A DNA stretch of 64,000 nucleotides from Octopus sinensis (Eukaryota), in NCBI RefSeq assembly GCF_006345805.1, contig NC_043013.1:20274001-20338000 (forward strand). Direction: 5' to 3'. Positions 27,055 to 38,574 of this stretch are shown one piece after another. The position numbers were made by a program, and so were the translations under genes. Under the pieces are notes generated by a model. That model was not told where the DNA came from. It searched no databases and worked only from the letters and a program-made list of their open reading frames with translations. The stretch's first letter is position 1, and every line of letters starts with the position of its first letter.

Positions 27055-27374
27055 GTAGCCAGCCAGTAGGTGTCGCTTCCGACAATCTCTGTTCGATGGT
27101 TTTATTTACCTAGTTTCGGTGGAATACATCCACTTGTTTTCAATAATAGAAATATTAAAATAACTAAGTCTCTCTAAAAGAGAACAGCGGCAGCGTTCCC
27201 GGAAAATAATAGTTATCGCCATACTAATATCGCATTCTTATAAAAATAAGAAAAAAGCTGTCCGCTTATTAGCTCCATGAGGCCATCGCCTTAAGTTAGC
27301 TATTTGATACACAAACTGTATCCATATAACCTTCGAACAAGGGAGGTCAGTCGCTCCACACTACTTGACCGGCA

Positions 27375-27416
27375 GCTACAGACGCGTTTCGGGGTATTGC
27401 CCCTTTTCAATGCAGC
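27375..27416 (-). ncRNA. Minimal type I hammerhead ribozyme (unit 2)
   Basis: Identical to the unit 1 motif, 362 bp away. Confidence 0.78.
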
Positions 27417-27735
27417 GTAGCCAGCAGTAGGTGTCGCTTCCGACAATCTCTGTTCGATGGTTTTATTTACCTAGTTTCGGTGGAATACATCCACTTGTTT
27501 TCAACAATAGAAATATTAAAATAACTAAGTCTCTCTAAAAGAGAACAGCGGCAGCGTTCCCGGAAAATAATAGTTATCGCCATACTAATATCGCATTCTT
27601 ATAAAAATAAGAAAAAAGCTGTCCGCTTATTAGCTCCATGAGGCCATCGCCTTAAGTTAGCTATTTGATACACAAACTGTATCCATATAACCTTCGAACA
27701 AGGGAGGTCAGTCGCTCCACACTACTTGACCGGCA

Positions 27736-27777
27736 GCTACAGACGCGTTTCAGGGTATTGCCCCTTTTCAATGCAGT
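27736..27777 (-). ncRNA. Minimal type I hammerhead ribozyme (unit 3, two CpG-type substitutions)
   Basis: Same motif, but the stem II closing pair is G-U (gtttcagggt) and the distal stem I pair is lost (tgcagtg). Confidence 0.65.
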
Positions 27778-29617
27778 GTAGCCAGCCAGTAGGTGTCGCT
27801 TCCGACAATCTCTGTTCGATGGTTTTATTTACCTAGTTTCGGTGGAATACATCCACTTGTTTTCAATAATAGAAATATTAAAATAACTAAGTCTCTCTAA
27901 AAGAGAACAGCGGCAGCGTTCCCGGAAAATAATAGTTATCGCCATACTAATATCGCATTCTTATAAAAATAAGAAAAAAGCTGTCCGCTTATTAGCTCCA
28001 TGAGGCCATCGCCTTAAGTTAGCTATTTGATACACAAACTGTATCCATATAACCTTGTTCGAAGGTTATATGGATACAGTTTGTTTATAAAATAGCTAAC
28101 TTAAGGCGATGGCCTCATGGAGCTAATAAGCGGACAGCTTTTTCTTATTTTTATAAGAATGCGATATTAGTATGGCGATAACTATTATATACATATATAT
28201 ATGCATATATATGTATATATATATATGCATATATATTTCCATCTCCCCTTCCCCCCTTTTTTCTATAATTTTTAACATCTTCACTCTCTCCTCCACATCA
28301 CCACCTCCTCCTGCTTTACTCTTACCTCTCTCCTTATCTCCTTCCTCTTTCTTCACTACTTACTCCCTACACAATCACACACACTTCTCAGCCTCCCTCT
28401 CTCCTCACCTGTTCTCACCTGCAGCTTTCAGACAATTAAAAACTTACAGTCCAAGTTTTACTTATTCTATATTGAAGAGATGAGGAATTATTTACATTAT
28501 TTACAATTGACGGATATTTGTCCTCATCTTGTCTATTGTATTTGTTGAGCCTCACATTTAATCTACCCATGACTATCCCACCTATTTAGTTGTCACATTT
28601 CATGTATATATATATATATATATATATATACAGGTGCAGGTAGGGTTATGTGGTAAAAAGCTTGCTTCCCAACCACATGGTTCAGGTTCAGTCCCACTGT
28701 GTGGCACCTTAGGCAAGTGTCTTCTACTATAGCCTCGGGCCGACCAGAGCCTTGTGAATGGATTTGGTAGATGGAAAGTGAAAGAAGCCCATTGTGTATA
28801 TCATCATCATCATCATCATCATCATTTAGCGTCCGCTTTCCATGCTAGCATGGGTTGGATGGTTCAACTGGGGTCTGTGAAGCCAGAAGGCTGCATCAGG
28901 CCCAGTCTGATCTGGCAGTGTTTCTACAGCTGGATGCCCTTCCTAACGCCAACCACTCCATGAGTGTAGTGGGTGCTTTTTACGTGCCACCCGCACAGGT
29001 GCCAGACGGAGCTGGCAAACGGCCACGGACGGATGGTAGTTTATTGAAACTAAATTACTATCTCGTGATTCAAGTTTCATGCAACTATAATCGTCAAGGA
29101 CACACACAAACACACATTTATTCATCACTTCATACATACTGGATTCACAATGTACACACATACACACATACTTGGCTTAATATCATACAGCCACACAGCC
29201 ACAACACAAGTACACTCACATAACTGACATACAACCTCCATACTGATGCACAGTCAATTTCACTAAATGTACACACACATACACTTACAAACACATGCAC
29301 ACATGTAATTTATCCACTCTTACCTCCCTGTTGTTCATATTCATAAGAAACTTCGTTCCTTCTATGTCACTTCCAGTCATTTAACCTCCTTGGTTTTCAC
29401 CATGACCTGACAGAAACCAACTCACATTTCTCTGTTTTTGCATTTTTTTTTTACTTCTAATTATCTAACTTTACGAAGAAGAGTTTAAGCTCAAAACATC
29501 AAAGACACTTTCACTTTCTTAATCTTTCATTGAGCATCAAACTATTAATTACAATTTATTCTCACTTTGTCTTTTGGTGCAGTTATTCTTATCATTAGTT
29601 TTGAATCTAAACACACA

Positions 29618-29655
<38 letters not shown>

Positions 29656-30438
29656 TGTAGATACCACAATTATTGCTATTGTTGTTGTTTTTGTTACTTT
29701 TGTTGTAGTTGTATCAGATTCTCTATTATTTTTCAAACATGATGTTTTCAGTTAATCGTCAAATTTCAAGGGGGTAGTTTTATCAACACACACATCATTG
29801 AGGGCTGGGTTGCTAGGTACATAAACTGAAAATTTGATAACCCTGCTTGGAACCTCTTCTGTCTGTTTAATAATGAGCTAAGGTACAGAATTAGGGGCTT
29901 TCTGGGTTTTCTTTATAGGAATACGTGAGTGAGAGATACTGTCTCAACAAAGTGTTTAGAGTATATATTAACAAGGCAGCTCCTTCCTACACACTGAAAC
30001 TGCTAGAAACAGTAGCCAAATCTCTTCCAAAGCTTACTATATATACTGTCTTACAAGAAAGTCAAAGATATATATAGATAAGAGACTGAATGGTCATGGA
30101 GGAAACACCTATGGTTAGAAATTTGCTTGAAAGCTGATCTCAAAATGCTGAGACATTTAAAGAAGATGACAGAGGACCAAGATATGTGGCATATTGCTGT
30201 ACTCATGAAGACCTGCCCCACTCAACAGAATTGGTATCCTAAAACCAAGGTGCTATTTACAAAGCATTTGGTGTGGACGCTGGTTCTACATAAAGAGCAC
30301 TGGTGATGGTGCCATGTAAAAAACACTCACTATACTCTGTAAAGTGTTTGGCATTAGGAAGGGCACCTGGCTGTAGAAACCAAGCCAAAACAGAATATGG
30401 AACCTGGTGTGGTTCCTGGTCTTGACAGTTCCTATCAA

Positions 30439-30689
30439 CATTATTTATATTATTTACATTCGACAGATATTTGTCCTCATCTTGTTTGTTGTTAACAAAA
30501 CATTTCGGCTGATATACCCTCCAGCATTCTTAAGGTGTCTTGTGGAAATTTCGAACCTGGGTTCTCATTCCTAAGGTATTTTTCAATGTTGTTGTTATTA
30601 TTATTATTATTATTATTATGATTATGATTATTATTATTATTGTTGTTGTTATTATTGTTGTTGTTGTTCAGGTCACTGTGCCATATGCC
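30439..30689 (-). mobile_element. Inverted, head-deleted and decayed copy of the same HHR-SINE
   Basis: Reverse complement of 30693-30950. The core has decayed (cattcttaagg) and the head is internally deleted. Confidence 0.7.
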
Positions 30690-30692
30690 AAC

Positions 30693-30968
30693 GGACATAT
30701 GGCGTAATGGTTAAGAGCGCAGGCTACTAACCCCAAAATTCCAAGTTTGATTCCAGGCAGTGATCTGAACAATAATAATAATATTAATAATAACGTCGAA
30801 AAATACCTTAGGAATGAGAACCCAGGTTCGAAATTTCCCCAAGACACCTGATGAAGGCTGGAGGGTATATCAGCCGAAACGTTGTGTTAACAACAAACAA
30901 GATGAGGACAAATATCTGTCAAATGTAAATAATGTACATAATTCCTCATCTCTTTACTATAGGACTGT
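30693..30968 (+). mobile_element. tRNA-headed SINE-like element with (AAT)n spacer and hammerhead-bearing 3' tail
   Basis: Head ggacatatggcgtaatggttaagagcgc...agtttgattcc has A- and B-box-like motifs. It is followed by aataataat and a tail containing ctgatgaaggctg...cagccgaaacgtt. Confidence 0.7.
30843..30888 (+). ncRNA. Minimal hammerhead-like motif (extra A after A9, GUU triplet)
   Basis: GACAC-CUGAUGA-A-GGCUG(GAGGGUAUAU)CAGCC-GAAAC GUU-GUGUU. Stem I GACAC/GUGUU, stem II GGCUG/CAGCC. Confidence 0.62.
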
Positions 30969-31319
30969 AGTTCCTATCAAGTCGCCCAACCCATGCTAGC
31001 ATGGAAAACAGATATTAAATGTTGGTGATGATGATGATGAACACTAGCCTGGCGCCAAACAACAATAACAACACTTCTTTAGGGTTACAGAAATCCTGTA
31101 AAAGCCCTTCATAATTGGATCATTTAAGAGTTCTTTATGATGCTCACCACCACCACCTTTAATGCAAATATTGGAATTTCAGAAATTTCGTAAGTCTATA
31201 CAGGATTTGTGTAGAAGACTGGGCAGTTCCCATTGCCATAGTAGTTGCCTCCATGGTCACCAAAGGCAACATAGTTTAATGTTCCACACGAATAGGTGAC
31301 AGCTAGTGGATAAATATAT

Positions 31320-31968
31320 ACAGGGGGTATGTCCAAAGAAGGAAAGATTAGTTCTAGGATGTATTGTGAAACCATTGAGGTAGGATGATCTGGGTAGAGG
31401 TAAATCCAGGAAGACATGGGACGAAGTGGTCAAGCATGACCTTCGTACGTTGAGCCTCACAGAGGCTACGACGAAAGACCGAGACCTCTGGAGACATGCT
31501 GTGACTTCGAAGACCCAACAAATGAAGAGTACATGACTCGCAGGACAGCCTGCTGTGCTAACCTTGGATTGTAGAGTGACCTGCTGTTCTTGAGGAGACC
31601 TATTGAGTCAAGTACATTAACACCAAGATCAAAATGAAAATCAAATGGAAACCCGTGCTGGTGACACGTTAAAAGCACCGTCCGAACGTGGCAGTTGCCA
31701 GCGCCGCCTGACTGGCGTCCATGTCGGTGACACAAAAAAGCACCAACTGATCATGGCCGTTTGCCAGCCTTATCTGGCCCCTGTGCCGGTGGCACGTAAA
31801 AAGCACCCACTACACTCACAGAGTGGTTGACATTAGGAAACACATCCAGCTGTAGAAACACTGCTAGATCAGACTGGAACCTTGTGCGGCCTTCTGGCTT
31901 CCCAGACCCTGGTCGAACCGTCCAACCCATGCTAGCACAGAAAACGGACGTTAAACGATGATGATGAA
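31320..31968 (+). mobile_element. RTE-like LINE 3' fragment
   Basis: ggtagaggtaaatccaggaagacatgggacgaagtggtcaagcatgaccttcg (GRGxxRKTWDEVVKHDL), then 3' UTR and (GAT)n. Confidence 0.8.
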
Positions 31969-32407
31969 TTTAGATGAGCGTCAGTGAGTGAGTTGACATG
32001 CCAATTTGTTGATGGCACAAGATCCTTCGGTTCCAAGATGCTGGGGAGAATGAAGCAGAGAAAGAAAACACTAAGAGAAGCTGGGACATATTTTGGAGAG
32101 GTGTTGGTGACGAGAGACAGCATCAGATCAATGGAGCAGAGGTCCTATCTATGAGACAGAAGTCCTCACCAACACAGAATATTAGTGTGGGTTAGTGACA
32201 GGAGATAACCTATCTATGGAGCAGGTGTCCCATTTGTGGGATAGAAGGCCTCACCCATACACAGCATATTGGTGTGTGTTAGTGAGAACTTCATATTAAT
32301 CAGGCCAGTGGATTTGTTTTCTTTGGAAGCAGCCTAGGAGGTGCATGTGAGTTGCTGCACCAACTTAGATGCAGTGTAAGTTATCTGTACCTAAAATACG
32401 AAGTACT

Positions 32408-32776
32408 CTACTTTATTCCTTTACTCTTTTACTTGCTTCAGTCATCTGACTGTGGCCATGCTGGAGCACAACCTTTAGTCGAGAAAATCAACCCCAGGAC
32501 TTAATCTTTGTAAGCCTAGTACTTATTCTATCGGTCTCTTTTGCTGAACTGCTAAGTTACGGGAACGTAAACACACCAGCATCGGTTGTCAAGCAATATT
32601 GTGGGGACACACACTATGGGCTTCTTTCAATTTCTGTCTACCAAATCCACTCACAAGGCTTTGGTCGGCCCGAGGCTATAGTAGAAGACACTTGCCCAAG
32701 GTGCCATGCAGCGGGACTGAACCCAGAACCACGTGGTAGGTAAGCAAGCTACTTACCACACAGCCACTCCTGAGCC
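32408..32776 (-). mobile_element. SINE family A
   Basis: Reverse complement of the family A sequence. Confidence 0.85.
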
Positions 32777-33718
32777 TATAGTAGGGAAATTTTTGCATGG
32801 ATTATGGCTTCTAAGATGAAATATCAGTCGTGGGAAGATAGAGGAGTCATAGTCACAGATACTTTGAGGGGTCAAACTTATAAACTTACAGGTCAGAGTT
32901 AATGTCACTGGGCTTTTTAGGAGGAGTGGCCGAAGTAGTTGCAAATATCAGGTTTGCATAAAATTATCAAAATCATGTCAGTTGGAAGTTCCCTGGGACT
33001 TCTTTAGCTCTCTTCTCCCCCTCTCTCTTTCCTCTGTCTCTCACTCTCTCACTCTCTTTCTATCCCTCTCTTATCCCCCCCCACCACTCTATTCATTTTC
33101 AACCAACTAAAGAACTCTACCTTATGTGTACAACAAAGACCACAACAACAACAACAACTGCAACAACAACAACAGCAACAACAACAACAGCAACAGCAAC
33201 AACAACAACAATAGCAGCAATATCACAATGTCAAGTTTATAAATCAATCAACCACAGAAGACACTGCTATTGATTTACCAATTCCAGTAACTATGGCAAC
33301 AAAGGTAGCAATGAATTTTTAAGATTATTTTTATCCTATTTCTAACATTGAACACTCAGCAGATGGACATACTCTCCCACCATCACCCCACCACCACCAC
33401 CACCACCAACACCACCATGAACAGACCCTTCCTCCCCCCTTGTTTATGGGGAAGGGTTATCTATTTTTATTTAATAAGCTGCCAGCATAAACAAAACCTG
33501 TCTTTTATTACACACATCCCATCTCACACACACACACACACACACACACACAATATTATCTTTATACATATTTCTTTCTCTATTGCTGTTCTGATTATGT
33601 ATATATAAAATATATGTGTGTGTGTTTCAGTGTGTGTGTGTGCACAGATGAATAGTAAACAGATGCACACACACACACCACTCCATCTACTACTTTCCTT
33701 ACATTCTACTGCTTTCCT

Positions 33719-33753
<35 letters not shown>

Positions 33754-33939
33754 GCATGTAAAATATAAGGAAAGACTGTTCAATACATAACATAGAGTTA
33801 ATTATCAATAATAATTAAAAATTAAGATTTTCCTTACTACAAGTTTTGTATTTTCACTTTTTTCCATGAATACACATATCTATGCATGTGCACTCACACA
33901 CACACACACTCTCTCTCTCTCTCTCATGTGTCTGTGTGT

Positions 33940-36900
33940 CATCATCATCATCATCATCATCATCATCGTTTAGCGTCCGTTTTCCATGCTAGCATGGGTT
34001 GGACGGTTCTACTGGGGTCTGTGAAGCCAGAAGGCTTCATCAGGCCCAGTCAAATCTGGCAGTGTTTCTACGGCTGGATGCCCTTCCTAACGCCAACCAC
34101 TCCGTGAGTGTAGTGGGTGCTTTTTACGTGCCACCCGCACAGGTGCCAGACAGAGCTGGCAAACGGCCATGAACGGATGGTGCTTTTTATGTGCCACCGG
34201 CACGAGGGCCAGGCAAGGCTGGCAACGGACACGAACGGATGGTGCTTTTTACGTGCAGCGCTGGCAACGGTCACGAAACGGAAGGTTCTCTTACATGCCA
34301 CCGGCACTGGTAACACATCTGCAATTTCCATTGATCGATTTCGATTCTGATCCTCACTTGCCTCAACAGGTCTTTACAAGTAGAGTTTTGTGTCCCAAGA
34401 AGGGAAGGTATGCATACGTAGGCTGGCTCCATCCCATGTAGAAGGCCACGGGTTATGGACTCACTTGTCCTGCGGGTCTTCTCGCGCACAGCACACTTCC
34501 AGAGGTCTCGGTCTCTAGTCATTTCCTCAGTGAGACCTAAAGTTCGAAGGTCGTGCTTCACCACCTCATCCAGGTTTCCTGGGTCTGCTCTTCTGCAGGT
34601 TCCCTCAATCGCTAGGGTGTGGCACTTTTTCACACAACTATCTTCATCCATTCCTCGCCACATGACCATACCAGCGCAAACGTCTCTCTTGCACACCACA
34701 ACTGATGCTTCTTAGGTCCAGCTTTCTCTCAAGGTACTTACACTCTGCGAGTATGAGTACTGACATTACACATCCATCGGAGCATATTGGCTTCATTTCT
34801 TGCGAGCTTACGCATATCCTCAGCAGTCACGGCCCATGTTTCACTGCCATGTAGCATGGCTGTTCATAGACACGCACCATACAGTCTACCTTTCACTTTG
34901 TGCGAGAGGCCTTTTGTCACCAGCAGAGGTAAGAGCTCTCTGAACTTTGCCCAAGCTATTCTTACTCTAGCAGTTACACTTTCAGCACACCCGCCCCCGC
35001 TGCTGACTTGGTCACCTAGGTAACGGAAACTATCAACTATTTCTAGTTTTTCTCCCTGGAAAGTGACGGAAGTTGGTCTCAGAACATTTTCAGTGTGTTT
35101 ATTGTTCCTGAGCATCTGCAACATACAAAAACCATCTTCCTAGTTAGCCTTCCTTTGACATTGCTGCACCTCTTAGGTGTCCATAGCTTACACTTGGTGC
35201 ATCTTATAGAGTTCTACCTACACCTTTCTACAGATCGAGCAGGGCCATCTACCTGAAGGCGTTTGTGATTTGTCTACCTTCCTACTGATTACGACTTTGG
35301 TTTTAGCTAGATTGACTCTGAGGCCCTTCGATTCTAATCCTTGTTTCCACACCTGAAACTTCTCCTCCAGTTCTGATAGCGACTCAGCAATTAGAGCAAG
35401 GTCATCAGCATAGAGGAGCTCCCAAGGGCATCCTGTCTTGAATTCCTCCGTTATTGCCTGGAGGACTATGATAAATAGGAGGGGGCTGAGGACTGAGCCT
35501 TGGTGGACCCCTACCTCTACCCGGAATTCTTCACTGTACTCGTTGCCAACCCTCACCTTACTAGCAGCGTCCCTATACATGGCCCGCACAGCTCTCACTA
35601 ACCATTCATCTATCCCTAGTTTCCTCATTGACTACCAGATAAGGGATCGGGGGACCCTGTCGAAGGCTTTCTCCATGTCAACAAAAGCCAGGTACAGGGG
35701 CTTATCTTTGGCTAGATATTTCTCCTGCAGCTGCCTTACCAGGAATATAGCATCAGTAGTACTTTTCCCGGGCACAAACCCAAACTGCATCTCATCTAAA
35801 CTAACTCTCTCTCTAATTAGTTGGGCTATGACCCTCTCCGTAATCTTCATCACCTGATCCAACAGCTTGATACCTCTTGTATTTTTGTATCTAGGGCGTC
35901 ACCTTTACCTTTGTAGCAGTTGACTATTATGCTGCTACACCAGTCATTGGGTATGACTCCTTTGTGTATCACCTGATTAAATATACGGGTGGGACTAGGC
36001 TATAGCCGACACTACCAGACATTTTGAGCATCTCTGCAGTGATTCCTGATGGGCCTGGGGCTTTCCCTGTCTTCATGCTTCTAATTGCCTTAGCTACCAC
36101 GGAACTATCAACTCGGATAGCTGGTCCCTCTGTTGAGTCAACATTCAGCAGACTCTCTTTTATCCCATTCATTTTCTTTATTCAGCAACCTTCATAGTGG
36201 CATCTCAAACCCTCTCTCTTTGCATCCTCATTTAGCGCAAGTGAACCATCTTCCATGCGAACACACTTCTCTCCTACCACATCACGATTCTTCTCTCTCA
36301 CACACTGTCTTGCAACGCGAAACACCTCCAGTCTTTGGTCCTCACAGCGCAGAACATTGGCAAATTTTTTCTTATCTGCTTCCCCTCTGGCTAAATAAAC
36401 CTGTCTCCTAGCTTCTCTTTAGGCAGTCTGATACAATCCCTGCTACCCCCATTTTTCCAGACCTTCCAAGCCTGTCTCTTTTCTCTAATAGCCCTGTCTA
36501 CAATATTGTTCCTCCACCACGTTATTCTAGGTCGAGAGGGGACTTTGCACCAGCCACAGATCTGGTCAGTGGCTCTCAGCAGGTTGCCTTAGAAACATCC
36601 AGTTGTCTTCTAACCCTGTGATGCTTTCCCCTTCTACTTCGTCAAAGGCTTCAAGTAATATGTCCCTAAATCTGTCCATTTGCAGGATCTTTAAAAGCTT
36701 CCAGATCCTTCTTCTCCATATTGGTCGTCTTCTGGTTCCTCCTAGTCCTGATCCTAAAGTCACTAACTACCAGTCTATGTTGTGGGGTACATTCTTCACC
36801 TGGGAAAGTTTTGGCATTATAAGCAGCCATCTCTCCCTTTGCCTTGCAAGGATGTAGTCAATTTGGCTGGTATGTTGCCCGCTCCGATCGGTAAGTGACT

Positions 36901-37250
36901 AGGTGGCTGGTAGGTTTCTGAAGTTAGTGTTGCAAATCATAAGATTATTTGCATCGCAGAACTCCAGCAGCCTGGTTCCCTCCTCGTTGCGGGAGCCATA
37001 GCCATCGCCTCCATGTACGCCATGGAAGCCCCCAGCATGTCGTCCAATGTGACCATTGAAGTCACCAGCCACAAAGATAAGGTCTCTGTCATTCGTCAAC
37101 GAGGTAGTCTGCAGTAGAGTGTCATAGAATCGGTCTTTCTGTCCATCGGGTAGCCCCGACTGAGGAGCATAGGCTGATGTAATGGTTGCTAAACTATGAT
37201 GAAGCACTAATCTAATCTTAAGTATTCTGTCACATACTCTGATTACCTCA
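33940..37250 (-). mobile_element. RTE-like LINE, 5'-truncated, frameshifted ORF (APE endonuclease + RT), 3' UTR and (GAT)n tail
   Basis: APE motifs SAYAPQ and AGDFNGHIG (36899-37250). RT motifs QFGFVPGKSTTDAIF, FVDMEKAFDRVP, GVHQGSVLSPLLF and LLYADDL (35218-35862). C-terminus GRPRKTW-like. Confidence 0.93.
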
Positions 37251-37276
37251 ATATATATAATTATATTTTTATAATT

Positions 37277-37815
37277 CATCATCATCATCATCTTCGTTTA
37301 ACGTCCACTTTCCATTTTGGCATGGGTTGGATGGTTTGACTGGGGACTGGTGAGCCAGATGGCTGCACCAGGTTCCAGTCAGATCTGGAATAGTTTCTAC
37401 AGCTGGATGCCCTTCCAAACGCCAACCATTCCGAGAGTGTAGTGGGTGCATTTTATGTGCCACTGGCACGCGGGCCAGTCAAGCAGTACTGGCAACAGCC
37501 ACGCTCAATTGGTGCTTTTACGTGTCACCTGCACAGGAGCCAGTCCAGCGTCACTGGCAACACCCTCACTCGAATGTTGTTTTTCACGTACCACCAGCAC
37601 GAGTGCCAGTAAGGCGATGCTGGTAACGAATACGGTCAAATGGTGCTTTTTACGTGCCACCGGCATGGGGGCCAGTCAGCTGCCCTGGCAACAATCACAC
37701 TTGGATGGTGCTCTTAGAGCTCCACTAGCATGGATGCCAGTCATGCGGTGCTGTCATCGAATTTGATTTCGATTTCACTTGCCTCAACAGGTCTTCACAA
37801 GCGGAGTTTAGTGTC
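37277..37815 (-). mobile_element. Solo RTE 3' UTR with (CAT)n tail
   Basis: Same sequence family as 33940-34400. Confidence 0.8.
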
Positions 37816-38184
37816 CAATGAAGGAAAGTTACGCCTGGGTGGGCTGGTTAGACATGACTGTGAGGTAATAAGTTTGCTGGCCAGTCACATTGTTCCAGGT
37901 TCAGTCCCACCATGTAGTACCTTGAGTTTGTGTAAGGTCAGCTTTATGTTTGGAGATGAGGGGTTAAAGTATAAGAGAAGGTGGCGACAGAATGGGTTCT
38001 TGTAGAAGAGTTTTCTGGTTACTTACATTTATAATTTTTGTTTATATTTTGTTACGCTGACCTCCACTCTGGCCATCATACTCAGCCTCTCACATCATTA
38101 TTCTTAACTCCTCACTCAAGCCATTTCATACTAATCTCTTCTCAACACATCTACCTCCAGCCTTCACTTATTCACCTCTACCTA

Positions 38185-38402
38185 TTTCTTTACTACCCAC
38201 AAGAGGCTAAACACAGAGAGGACAAACAAACGGATTAAGTTGACTATATTGACCCCAGTGCATAACTGGTACTTATTTAATTGACACTGAAAGGATGAAG
38301 GGCAAAGTCGACCTCGGTGGAATTTGAACTCAGAACGTAACGGCAGACGAAATACGGCTACGCATTTCACCTGGCGTGCTAACGTTTCTGCCAGCTCGCT
38401 GC
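38185..38402 (-). mobile_element. SINE family B
   Basis: Reverse complement of the family B sequence. Confidence 0.85.
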
Positions 38403-38574
38403 CTTCACTTAATCACTTCTACCCTTCACTCACCACATCTATTTTCACCTCTTCCAACCATGGCACTCATAACTAGAACTAAATAGTTGTGAAGAGATTT
38501 TAACTACACAACTTTACCTCTTTCCACATACACACAAACGCACTACATTGCTATCCATTGCATGTGTACACGTG

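Larger units (their letters stand above)
26784..28188 (-). mobile_element. 362-bp tandem repeat array (3 full units, 1 partial, 1 inverted partial) carrying hammerhead ribozymes; retrozyme / Penelope pseudo-LTR-like
   Basis: Units start at 26784, 27145, 27506 and 27868. The marker actaagtc lies at 26801, 27163, 27524 and 27886 (periods 362/361/362). Units are nearly identical. An inverted copy spans 28054-28188 and both flanks are TA-rich microsatellite. Confidence 0.85.

Noticed and set aside
26784-28056. CRISPR-like or rDNA/snRNA tandem array interpretation
   Set aside because: Whole units are repeated with no unique spacers, and I recognise no 5S, U-snRNA or SL-RNA sequence.
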